Source of the DNA: a virus | Reading direction: 5' to 3' (one strand) | IMG/VR virus record: IMGVR_UViG_3300027608_000014 | Location: 1-64,000 of that record | DNA: 64,000 nt | Part shown: piece by piece, positions 1-8,214 of the stretch | Layout: every line of letters starts with the position of its first letter | How positions within the stretch are numbered: position 1 is the first letter of the stretch | Position numbers and translations under genes: made by a program | Notes under the pieces: generated by a model | What the model saw: the letters and a program-made list of their open reading frames with translations, nothing else | Databases searched by the model: none | What the model was told of the DNA's origin: nothing

Positions 1-2058
1 AGCGGCACTGGCAACGTAGCGATGACGGCAAGCCCGACGTTCACGGGAACACTTGCGGCTGCGGCAGTTACAGCGACGAGCCTCAATGGCATCACGATCA
101 CAGCGGCAGGCTCTGGCACGCTTACGATGGCCGGAAGTATCAACACTAGCAGCAGTGGTGGAGTAATAAACACTAGTGCTAACGGCGGCAACATCAATAC
201 TAACAGCAGCGGCGGTAACATCAACACAAGCGGCACTGGCGGAAGCATCAACACCGCCAACGGAGGCGGAGGTATTATTACTAGCGGCACCGGTAGCATC
301 GGCCTAGGAGTCACCGGCACGCGCACCACGCTCACCGGCACCGGATCAGGAAACGGCACTGTAAATCTGCCTAATCCAGTCAATGGAACGCTGACACTAG
401 CTTCGTTGACAGGAACGGAAACGCTAACAAACAAGACGCTGACCGCTCCGGTGCTAGGAGCAGCCACGGCGACTTCCATCAATGGTATCACGATCACGGC
501 ATCCGGAAACTCCGGCACGCTTACGATGGAAGGCGACATTAACACGGGCGGCCCTTATGGCGGTTACATCAGCACCACCAACAGCGGCGGAGACATCGAC
601 ACCAGCAGTAACGGCGGCAACATTTATACCGCTGGCAACGGAGGCAGCATTGACACCCACGACGGTGGTGGCAGCATCACCACCAGCGTTGGCGGAGGCA
701 GTATCTCAACCAATGGCACTGGCAGCATTGAGTTAGGAGTTACTGGAACGCGCACTATCTTTCGTGGAAATGCCGCCACCAACAACAAGACCATTGATCT
801 TCCCAACGTCACAGGCACCGTAGTCGTGACAGCAGCCACCAGCGCAACCGCCACACAAGCCTTGTTCGCACAGGCCACCGGATTCCCGGCTTATCGTGCA
901 ATTGCGGCGGGGGACTTGCCCGCAACCCTTACAAGCGGAACAGCCATCACAAACGCCGCGTTGACAACCCCGGTGCTGGGCACGCCATCAAGCGGCACGC
1001 TAACAAACTGCACTGGGCTCCCTGTTTCTGGTATCACAGCATCTACCACTACCGCAATTGGAGTTGGTTCAATCAACCTTGGCGACGTAAGCGACACGAC
1101 GATTTCCAGAGCTTCTGCTGGCGTAATCTCCGTCGAAGGCAAGACCATTCTTGACCAGACCAACACACTGGCTGGAATCACAAACAAGACGTTTGTTGCT
1201 CCGGAGCTGGGAGCAGCCACGGCGACTTCCATCAATGGCACCTTTATTGGTAGCTCGGCTAACGGCACTAGATTTGTCAGCATGGCAAGCAGTGTTTCCT
1301 ACATCAACCTTGAAGGGAATACTTCAGGAGGATATATTGACACATCTGCAACTGCAGGCGGGTCAGTATATTCGGGTGGATACATTAAAACAACAGGCGG
1401 CGTGACCAGCTTGGGCGGAAATATCAACACATCGGGTTCCGGTGCTAACGCTGGCGGAGACATCAACACCAGCGGCGGCGGCGGCAGCATCAACACCACA
1501 GGCAACGGCAGCATCGGCCTTGGCAGTGCCGCAAACCGCACCTATCTTGTCAGCACAGCAGGCAACAACGAAAAGACAGCCACCTTCCCTAACGTCAATG
1601 GCACCGTCGCAGTAGCAGCCACCAGCGCAACCGCCACGCAGGCGTTGTTCGCAACGGCGACAGCAGGCGCACCTGCCTATCGTGCGATAGAGGCAGGCGA
1701 CATTGCCGCCGCTTTGGCTACGCCGACAGCACCAACGGCTCGGGCGGCACTGACCGGAGTTATTAACGTCATCGCTTTCTCGACTGGAATAAAACAATCG
1801 GCCACGATGAGTGCGGCGGCGACAATTTCTAGCATCACTGGAGGCTCAGATGGAGCGACATTGGAGTTATGGGTTAAGGGCGGTGCCAGTGACTTTGTGC
1901 TTAAATGCACCCCTCCTTCCGCAAGTGACTCGCTGATCGACATGGTCACGACGGGCAAGACTATTACGGCAAACAAAATTTGGGTGTTGGGCTTCAAGTA
2001 TTTTGCTAACAGCACAACTCCCGGTTGGAAATTAGTTAGTTTAGTGGGAGGATTTTAG
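1..2058 (+). CDS. Tail fibre-like protein with Gly/Thr/Ser-rich repeats (5'-truncated by the window edge)
   Basis: Frame is open from base 1 (SGTGNVAMTASPTFTG...). Repeated GGxINT, TLTNKTLTAP and ATSING motifs are typical of phage fibres, and there are internal DNA duplications. Confidence 0.7.
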   Translation, partial: SGTGNVAMTASPTFTGTLAAAAVTATSLNGITITAAGSGTLTMAGSINTSSSGGVINTSANGGNINTNSSGGNINTSGTGGSINTANGGGGIITSGTGSIGLGVTGTRTTLTGTGSGNGTVNLPNPVNGTLTLASLTGTETLTNKTLTAPVLGAATATSINGITITASGNSGTLTMEGDINTGGPYGGYISTTNSGGDIDTSSNGGNIYTAGNGGSIDTHDGGGSITTSVGGGSISTNGTGSIELGVTGTRTIFRGNAATNNKTIDLPNVTGTVVVTAATSATATQALFAQATGFPAYRAIAAGDLPATLTSGTAITNAALTTPVLGTPSSGTLTNCTGLPVSGITASTTTAIGVGSINLGDVSDTTISRASAGVISVEGKTILDQTNTLAGITNKTFVAPELGAATATSINGTFIGSSANGTRFVSMASSVSYINLEGNTSGGYIDTSATAGGSVYSGGYIKTTGGVTSLGGNINTSGSGANAGGDINTSGGGGSINTTGNGSIGLGSAANRTYLVSTAGNNEKTATFPNVNGTVAVAATSATATQALFATATAGAPAYRAIEAGDIAAALATPTAPTARAALTGVINVIAFSTGIKQSATMSAAATISSITGGSDGATLELWVKGGASDFVLKCTPPSASDSLIDMVTTGKTITANKIWVLGFKYFANSTTPGWKLVSLVGGF

Positions 2059-2059
2059 C

Positions 2060-2884
2060 ATGGCTATCTTTTACTGGAAAGGTGGCGATGAGGGGGGTTA
2101 TGACGCGTGGGACAACCAGTATAACTGGTTCAAGGATGAGGCGCTTACCATATCTGCCGACGCTTTTCCAAGTGGTAGCACGGACATTGCGGTGATTCCG
2201 GCTAGCGGCTCGCAGGCTAACATCTCAACTCTCGGAGCCAACCGCACCATTGCTGCGTTTATCGACTTGAATGACGGCACATACCGTTTTGAGGCCGTAG
2301 ATTTTACCCTAACGGTTGGTTCGGCGAGTTTTCTTGGGGCGAGCAGCAACAGTGCGGGCAAAATCACAGGTGGCTGCACGTTCAGTGGTGTTGGTTCCAA
2401 AAACCAGACTGGCGGCACCGTTACCGGGGGTTGTATTTTTGATGGGAGCAGCTACAGTGTTCGCAACTTAGGCACCGTCATCGGGGGCTGCATTTTTAGT
2501 GGAGAAAGTGGTGGTGCCGGAGGAACCATCACTGGCGATTGCCTTTTTAGTGGAAGCAGTGTCCGCAATGCTACAGGCATCATTACCGGTAATTGCATTT
2601 TTAGCGGGCTCAATGCCCGCACCAGTGGCGGCACCATTACCGGGGATTGTATTTTCAACTCAGGAGGCAGCAACAACGTCGGAACTGTTGTGGGAACTTG
2701 TGTTTTTAGTGGCACATCCGACGGCAACAGCGGCGGCACCATTACGGGTAACGCCATATTTCACACCGGAACGGGAATGAGTAACAGCGGCACCATCAGT
2801 GGCGTGCTCGTGCCCCTTGTTCCAATCACCAACACCGGAACGGCAGGCTCGCTGCCTATCGACGCACTCATCGCGGGAATTTAA
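2060..2884 (+). CDS. Cys-ladder beta-helix repeat protein, putative fibre tip/adhesin (paralog 1)
   Basis: 274 aa with about 8 repeats of G-x-C-x-F. Shares the MAIFYWKGG start and AGI end with the next gene. Confidence 0.55.
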   Translation: MAIFYWKGGDEGGYDAWDNQYNWFKDEALTISADAFPSGSTDIAVIPASGSQANISTLGANRTIAAFIDLNDGTYRFEAVDFTLTVGSASFLGASSNSAGKITGGCTFSGVGSKNQTGGTVTGGCIFDGSSYSVRNLGTVIGGCIFSGESGGAGGTITGDCLFSGSSVRNATGIITGNCIFSGLNARTSGGTITGDCIFNSGGSNNVGTVVGTCVFSGTSDGNSGGTITGNAIFHTGTGMSNSGTISGVLVPLVPITNTGTAGSLPIDALIAGI

Positions 2885-2896
2885 CTACTAAACCTT

Positions 2897-3706
2897 ATGG
2901 CTATTTTCTACTGGAAAGGCGGAGTCAGCGGTGCGTGGGCCACCGCTACTAACTGGTTCAAGGATGCGGCACTTACCGTAGCTGCCGGAGCTTTCCCAAA
3001 TGACAGTGCGGCCATCGTGGTTCTTACAAATAGCGCGTCGGCCAACATTACAACTTTCGGAGCCAGCCGCAGCATCGCGGCACTTATCGACTTTACTGCA
3101 TGGGACGATGTGGGTCGTCTTACCGCTACGGATTATACCCTCACGGTTGGTTCGGCAAGTTTTCTTGCGAATTACGCAGACAACGAGGTTAGTATCATAG
3201 GTAATTGCATTTTTAGCGGAGATGGTTGCTCCAATTCCGGCACTATCGTTGGTAACTGTATTTTTAGTAACGGGTCAACTAATGGCGGCGGCACCATTAC
3301 CGGGGACTGTATTTTTAACGGGGGCGGCTCTCACAATTATGGCACTATTAACGGCGATTGCATTTTTAGTGGGGGCAGCTGTCGCAACCAAACCGGAGCC
3401 ACTATCAACGGCAACTGTATTTTTAATAGCAGCAGCGGTCGAAACTACGGCACTATTAACGGTGATTGCATTTTTGCGTCAAGCACCCGCAACTTCACCA
3501 ACGGCATCGTCACTGGAACCTGTGTTTCCAAAAGTACTAGCAGTCATTTAAGCACCAGTACTGTAAGTGGAAACGCTATTTTTCACACCGCGACGGGGAT
3601 AGAAACCGCCATGACCATCACGGGTTCAATCGTGCCTCTCGTTCCCGTTATTGCTACCGGCACAATAGGTAAAAGGCCACTAGACGTACTTGGCGCAGGA
3701 ATTTAA
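2897..3706 (+). CDS. Cys-ladder beta-helix repeat protein, putative fibre tip/adhesin (paralog 2)
   Basis: 269 aa with the same architecture as 2060..2884. Confidence 0.55.
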   Translation: MAIFYWKGGVSGAWATATNWFKDAALTVAAGAFPNDSAAIVVLTNSASANITTFGASRSIAALIDFTAWDDVGRLTATDYTLTVGSASFLANYADNEVSIIGNCIFSGDGCSNSGTIVGNCIFSNGSTNGGGTITGDCIFNGGGSHNYGTINGDCIFSGGSCRNQTGATINGNCIFNSSSGRNYGTINGDCIFASSTRNFTNGIVTGTCVSKSTSSHLSTSTVSGNAIFHTATGIETAMTITGSIVPLVPVIATGTIGKRPLDVLGAGI

Positions 3707-3725
3707 CAACCAATAAAACAAAACT

Positions 3726-4097
3726 ATGAGCATCTTGAATCCACAACCCGAAGTCACTAAAGCCGAGCGCGTAAAGCGTCTCACCGATGACATCGTCGAA
3801 ACCCCGCGTGATACCGCCGAGCAGTTGTTCCAGCAGTGGGACCATGCTGTCCGTATGCTTTGGAGTACGCAGGGCGACATCACCCCTGCCGACAAGCTGG
3901 CGGCAATCGGCACCGATGCAGCGGAGCTAATTACAATGAGCCGCGCCCTGACGGTATTTCTCACCACGATCTGCACCGGTAAGCGGGACGATCTAGTGGC
4001 GAAAATCGACGCACGGCTAGCGACCATCCCGGCATTTACTACGAACAAGGACGGCACCGTGACTATCGACCCTGTGTCGCCTTTACAACAGGAGTAA
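3726..4097 (+). CDS. Hypothetical protein, possible tail-fibre chaperone
   Basis: 123-aa helical ORF directly after the fibre genes. Function is inferred from position only. Confidence 0.4.
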   Translation: MSILNPQPEVTKAERVKRLTDDIVETPRDTAEQLFQQWDHAVRMLWSTQGDITPADKLAAIGTDAAELITMSRALTVFLTTICTGKRDDLVAKIDARLATIPAFTTNKDGTVTIDPVSPLQQE

Positions 4098-4126
4098 CTC
4101 TCTAGTAATCTACCCAATCAATCTCT

Positions 4127-4540
4127 ATGACTCAACTATCACCTTTCGGACTAACTTTTGCTGCAGCCCTAACCAAGGTTGGATTCGTTCCTTCTCCGCA
4201 GGTACAGCAACAGCTTGAGGCTAAGCAAGCGCAGGAAGCGCCGCCACAGCCCCCAGCAGATCCAGCTGCAGCCGGTGCCCCTCCAGAGCAGGGCGCTCCG
4301 CCCCTAGCAACCCTAGAGGACGTAATGGCTGGTCTCGAGCAGCTTGCCCAAATGATCCAGCAGATCCCAAGTCAGGTAGCTACAGCTGCACTAGCAGGAG
4401 GAGAAGCCAAGAAGAAATCTCCAGCTGAGCGCATGGATGCGATCGAACAGCAACTCTCTCAGCTAACAGGAGGAGCCCCAGCCCCAGCCCCAGCGGCAGC
4501 TCCAGTAGATCCAGCCGCAGCCCCAGTAGCCCAGCCGTAA
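4127..4540 (+). CDS. Pro/Ala/Gln-rich protein with cargo-leader-like N-terminus
   Basis: 137 aa, low complexity. N-terminal FGLTFAAALTKVG matches the leader pattern with G replacing A. Confidence 0.5.
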   Translation: MTQLSPFGLTFAAALTKVGFVPSPQVQQQLEAKQAQEAPPQPPADPAAAGAPPEQGAPPLATLEDVMAGLEQLAQMIQQIPSQVATAALAGGEAKKKSPAERMDAIEQQLSQLTGGAPAPAPAAAPVDPAAAPVAQP

Positions 4541-4541
4541 T

Positions 4542-4817
4542 ATGGCTCCTCCAAATGAAGAACTTGCCGAGCTCCGTAGAGAGTGGAGGGAAATCGTATT
4601 GAAAGACCTTTCCGAACTTAAGCTTCTGGTCAAAGAGCTGTCTTCGCAAATTGTCGACGTGAAACTGACTTTTGCTCAGCAACACGAGTTGATAGATCTG
4701 AGGTTGCGCATCAGCAGCCTTGAGAGCTTTAAGGCTAAGATCATTGGAATCACTCTCGGCGCAAACGCAATCTTTGCTCTTCTTGCTTGGGTTACTATTC
4801 ATTTTCTTAATAAATGA
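4542..4817 (+). CDS. Small coiled-coil protein with C-terminal transmembrane helix (possible holin-like)
   Basis: Heptad-like N-terminus followed by hydrophobic IIGITLGANAIFALLAWVTIHFL. Confidence 0.45.
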   Translation: MAPPNEELAELRREWREIVLKDLSELKLLVKELSSQIVDVKLTFAQQHELIDLRLRISSLESFKAKIIGITLGANAIFALLAWVTIHFLNK

Positions 4818-4938
4818 AACAGCCGCGCAATGGCGGATGGAAAAGCATTATTGCAAGAGGCAGGCTGATTAAGGTAGAAAGTTGCTGCAAAAATAAAGTA
4901 TCAGGAGTCTGTTTTGAGGATGTCCTCAATGTACAAAA

Positions 4939-5154
4939 ATGAGCATCATCGTCGCTTCTAGTCCACTAGGACCTCCACTTCTTGACACCAAGGACGCTAG
5001 TACGATCCTGGTCTATGACGGGGCAAACAAGCTGATCTACTTCCTGATCGTCCTGCCCAGCGGTCCTCATGAGGGGAACTTCATGACCTGTGACGCAAAG
5101 GATCCAAACTTTGTTAAGATCGCTCTGAACGCGGGGCTAAAATTGTTCAAATAA
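4939..5154 (+). CDS. Hypothetical protein
   Basis: 71-aa ORF in operon-like packing. Confidence 0.55.
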   Translation: MSIIVASSPLGPPLLDTKDASTILVYDGANKLIYFLIVLPSGPHEGNFMTCDAKDPNFVKIALNAGLKLFK

Positions 5155-5195
5155 TTCTCCTTGCGGGAAGGAAGGGAAGGGCGTAATATGCGGGA

Positions 5196-5441
5196 ATGAA
5201 GATAAAGGAGATCACGCAGGCACCGCGCACCTTGATCAGTGAGGAGATAGATAAGCTCCCAAGTGACCAGGTGTATACAACAGAAGAGATTAGCAAAATG
5301 TTTAAAGTAGGTACGTCTACTCTTAGACATATGACTTCAGCCTTAAAAGATAATATCCATAAGGTGGGAACATTCAATAAGTGGGGAAGTAAAAAGGCGA
5401 TCAAGGCATTGATCCAACATCTATCCGGGGAGGTCAAGTAA
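5196..5441 (+). CDS. Small helix-turn-helix DNA-binding protein
   Basis: YTTEEISKMFKVGTSTLRH is HTH-like. Upstream TTGCGG-N17-TAATAT. Confidence 0.5.
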   Translation: MKIKEITQAPRTLISEEIDKLPSDQVYTTEEISKMFKVGTSTLRHMTSALKDNIHKVGTFNKWGSKKAIKALIQHLSGEVK

Positions 5442-5599
5442 TGAGTACACATCAATGCAAGGGCAAAGGATGTGTCGAGATAATACCCAAAGGATGGGGA
5501 GATTTGTGTTCGTGTTGCTACTATGAGGGCATGAATCCCCAGGAGTTCAAAGCGTGGCTTGAGAATAAAAAGCAATCCCAGACACTATCTATCCAATGA
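5441..5599 (+). CDS. Small Cys-rich, probably Zn-binding protein (not in ORF track)
   Basis: MSTHQCKGKGC...LCSCCYYEG..., 52 aa. TAATG overlap upstream, ATGA overlap downstream, GGGGAGG ribosome-binding site. Confidence 0.6.
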   Translation: MSTHQCKGKGCVEIIPKGWGDLCSCCYYEGMNPQEFKAWLENKKQSQTLSIQ

Positions 5600-5802
5600 A
5601 AGTCAAAGTAGGAGACGTCATTCATGACAGCGACGAAGAGCCCCTTATGGTTATTCTGTCACTAGCGGACAAGGAGAATATCAGCAACATGTTTCATGAC
5701 TGTACCAAATACGCAGCCTACCCCAACTGGTTCAAGTCACTAAGCAATAAGTGGATGGAGACAGAGCCAGCCACCGAAACACGGGAGGAGATCAAACAAT
5801 GA
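5596..5802 (+). CDS. Hypothetical protein (paralog of 5799..5996)
   Basis: MKVKVGD...PLMVILSLADKENISNM aligns with the next ORF. Confidence 0.65.
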   Translation: MKVKVGDVIHDSDEEPLMVILSLADKENISNMFHDCTKYAAYPNWFKSLSNKWMETEPATETREEIKQ

Positions 5803-5996
5803 AAGTACGTATCGGCGATACCACCTACGACGACATTCAGCATCCCATCATGCTCATCCTCACCCCGCAAGACAAACGCAACATCCTCCATATGCCACAG
5901 GGATCAAACAAATACATCAGTTGTCCAGGAGAACTCACCAAAGAAACCCAAGAGAATCTTGCAGCTTGGGCCAACTCCAGCGCAGTAAATCAGTAA
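5799..5996 (+). CDS. Hypothetical protein (paralog of 5596..5802)
   Basis: Start reassigned to ATG 5799 (ATGA overlap, GGAGG upstream). Sequence MKVRIGD...PIMLILTPQDKRNILHM. Confidence 0.65.
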   Translation: MKVRIGDTTYDDIQHPIMLILTPQDKRNILHMPQGSNKYISCPGELTKETQENLAAWANSSAVNQ

Positions 5997-6006
5997 ATCA
6001 GCAATT

Positions 6007-7149
6007 ATGAAAGTTAAAGACATCGGTAAAGTAGCCACCACCACGCAGTTTGATAACAAGGGAGACAGCGGAGTCCTCACTTCTAAGTCTCACCTCATCA
6101 GCACGCTCGATCAACTCATTGCTCACTGCAAGATCGACCTCGAGAACTGGACCGTAGATCACTACATCGCCAACAGCTGGCAAGTAGGAGCCAGGATCGA
6201 TGGAGTCATCCTCGTCCAGCCCCTCTTCCAGATCAAGGCGTGGCTGAATCGCAACACCAAGAACGTCGCCTCCAAGGGGGTTGTTCAGTCATATATTGAG
6301 GATGCAAAGAAACATGCACCCAAGTACGCCAAGATCAACAGAGAGAAGGTCAAGGGAGACAAGCACTCTCTGTTCGTGTCTCTACCTGATGCCCACATCG
6401 GCAAGCTTGCCTGGTCCAAAGAGACCGGCGGTGCTGACTACGACATCGCTATTGCCAGCAAAGTGTTCATTGATGCCATCAAGGCATTGGTAGCGAGAAG
6501 TGCTGGATTCCAGTACGACGAGATTGTCTTCCCTGTGGGTAACGACTTTCTCCAGAGCGACAACTCTGAGAGCGAGACGACCTCTGGCACTAGAGTGGAC
6601 ACAGACGGTCGCTGGCAGAAAGCCCTGACTGAGGCTCGCAAAGTTCTCGTTGAGGCGATCGACTATCTCTCTGGTGTAGCGCCAGTCAAGGTGGTTGTCG
6701 TTTCAGGAAACCACGACATGCAGAGCATGTTTGGACTGGGAGAAGTACTCAGCGCTTGGTACCGGAATAGCAAGGATGTAACCGTGGACAACGCTCCAAC
6801 CCCTCGCAAGTACCACGAGTACGGCGACTGCCTGGTGATGTGGACGCACGGCAATCAAGAGAAGGCCGACAACCTCCCGTTGATTATGGCCACAGAGAAT
6901 CCTACCGCCTGGGGCAGAACGATCTATCGCGAAGTCCACACTGGTCACTTCCACACCAAGCGCTCCGTAAGGTTCCGTGATGTGGACGAGAAGAACGGTG
7001 TCCGAGTCAGAGTGATTCCTTCCCTTTCTCCTCCCGACTCCTGGCACAACCAGCACGGCTACTGGAACGTACGCGCTGCTGAGGCTTACGTGTATCACCG
7101 CAAGGATGGCTGCGTCGCCTCCTTTAGCTTCAACCTGGGGGTGAAGTAA
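6007..7149 (+). CDS. Calcineurin-like metallophosphoesterase
   Basis: Motifs DAHIG, GND, GNHD, HG and GHFH occur in canonical order. Confidence 0.85.
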   Translation: MKVKDIGKVATTTQFDNKGDSGVLTSKSHLISTLDQLIAHCKIDLENWTVDHYIANSWQVGARIDGVILVQPLFQIKAWLNRNTKNVASKGVVQSYIEDAKKHAPKYAKINREKVKGDKHSLFVSLPDAHIGKLAWSKETGGADYDIAIASKVFIDAIKALVARSAGFQYDEIVFPVGNDFLQSDNSESETTSGTRVDTDGRWQKALTEARKVLVEAIDYLSGVAPVKVVVVSGNHDMQSMFGLGEVLSAWYRNSKDVTVDNAPTPRKYHEYGDCLVMWTHGNQEKADNLPLIMATENPTAWGRTIYREVHTGHFHTKRSVRFRDVDEKNGVRVRVIPSLSPPDSWHNQHGYWNVRAAEAYVYHRKDGCVASFSFNLGVK

Positions 7150-7151
7150 TT

Positions 7152-7667
7152 ATGGAACGTATCTCTGACAAGGTTCACGAACAAATCCTGCCAATTCTCA
7201 GCTTTGACCGTCGAAGGGCAGCCTGGAATACAGATTCAGCCCATCCATGTGGAGGTGAGGATCTTGACTTCAAATACTGTCTACAGACAAAAGAACAGAT
7301 AGAGAGCATGGGATGGAGATGTCTTAGAAAGGTCTCAGCATTTGAAGTCAAAGGCTGCGCCTATCACTACAAGAATCGCAAGCTAGAGTTTACTCTAATT
7401 GGAATCGCTCATCGTCTTCGACCTCATGATCCACAGGAGATCTATTTGTGGAATGAAGTCTTCAATCACATCTGTTGGATGTCAGGACGAACACCAATCA
7501 CTGAAATTCCGGAGCCGTCCATTGGCCTGCAGAGCTTCACTAAAGATGCTCCTAAGAATTGGAGACTGATTAAGGCACAGTCAGAGTGGGATAATAAGAC
7601 AGTAGAAATCGATCTGCCCGACGCCTCTGAGCCTGATTCGTTTGAGCAAGATCTAATCAATTGGTAA
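7152..7667 (+). CDS. Hypothetical protein
   Basis: 171-aa ORF starting 2 nt after the previous stop. Confidence 0.55.
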   Translation: MERISDKVHEQILPILSFDRRRAAWNTDSAHPCGGEDLDFKYCLQTKEQIESMGWRCLRKVSAFEVKGCAYHYKNRKLEFTLIGIAHRLRPHDPQEIYLWNEVFNHICWMSGRTPITEIPEPSIGLQSFTKDAPKNWRLIKAQSEWDNKTVEIDLPDASEPDSFEQDLINW

Positions 7668-7707
7668 TACACTTCCCAGGAAAACAAATCTTGATTATAG
7701 TCTGGTC

Positions 7708-8172
7708 GTGAAATCAAAGAGACCAAAGTTCAAAAGGCCACAGGAACCACCTGTGGCCTTTTTTCGCGTCCATCCACAGTGCAAGACATTGTACTTCGAG
7801 GTGCTGGTCTTTCGTACATGGCTAGAATTCCATAAGCACTGCGTAATCAAAACCTTTGAAGAGAGAGGCGTCATTGATAGAGAGGCATCATCGGGTCAGT
7901 GCTTCAATGGGCCGATCTACGATTCCAAAGGACTCGTCACGCCTTGTCTTGGACAGATTGTCTTCTATCTGAGCAAGGCCACTCCAGACATCGTCTCACA
8001 CGAAATGAATCATGGAGCTATCTACTGGGCTCAGAGGGCCGGTATCAATATCACAAACGATTCAAGGGAGACGCTCATCAATGGAGAGACTCAGGAGGAG
8101 ACCTTTGTGCGGGCTCAGCAGGAAATGGTAAAACAGTTTTTCAAGAAGATGGAGAAGCTCGCCCTTCTGTAA
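7708..8172 (+). CDS. HExxH-motif (zincin-like) protein
   Basis: IVSHEMNHG plus downstream EE. GTG start 6 nt after TATAGT. Confidence 0.5.
   Translation: MKSKRPKFKRPQEPPVAFFRVHPQCKTLYFEVLVFRTWLEFHKHCVIKTFEERGVIDREASSGQCFNGPIYDSKGLVTPCLGQIVFYLSKATPDIVSHEMNHGAIYWAQRAGINITNDSRETLINGETQEETFVRAQQEMVKQFFKKMEKLALL
7732..7764 (+). terminator. Intrinsic-terminator-like hairpin inside the 5' end of ORF 7708
   Basis: AAAAGGCCACAGG-AACCA-CCTGTGGCCTTTT(TT), a 13-bp perfect stem ending in a U-tract. Confidence 0.55.
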
Positions 8173-8177
8173 GATAG

Positions 8178-8205
8178 TTGATATCTAAGCCGTTACAGCT
8201 ATAAT
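8178..8205 (+). promoter_or_regulatory. Sigma70-like promoter for the RNAP gene
   Basis: TTGATA-N16-TATAAT, 9 nt before ATG 8215. Confidence 0.55.
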
Positions 8206-8214
8206 CAGGACAAC

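Noticed and set aside
2060-3706. Paralog pair (and the tape-measure duplication) as a diversity-generating retroelement template/variable repeat
   Set aside because: Differences are not confined to adenines and no reverse transcriptase is present in the window.
4814-4942. 42-codon ORF bridging two genes (and a similar one at 51807..51920)
   Set aside because: The overlaps are suggestive, but the ORFs are too short and motif-free to support.
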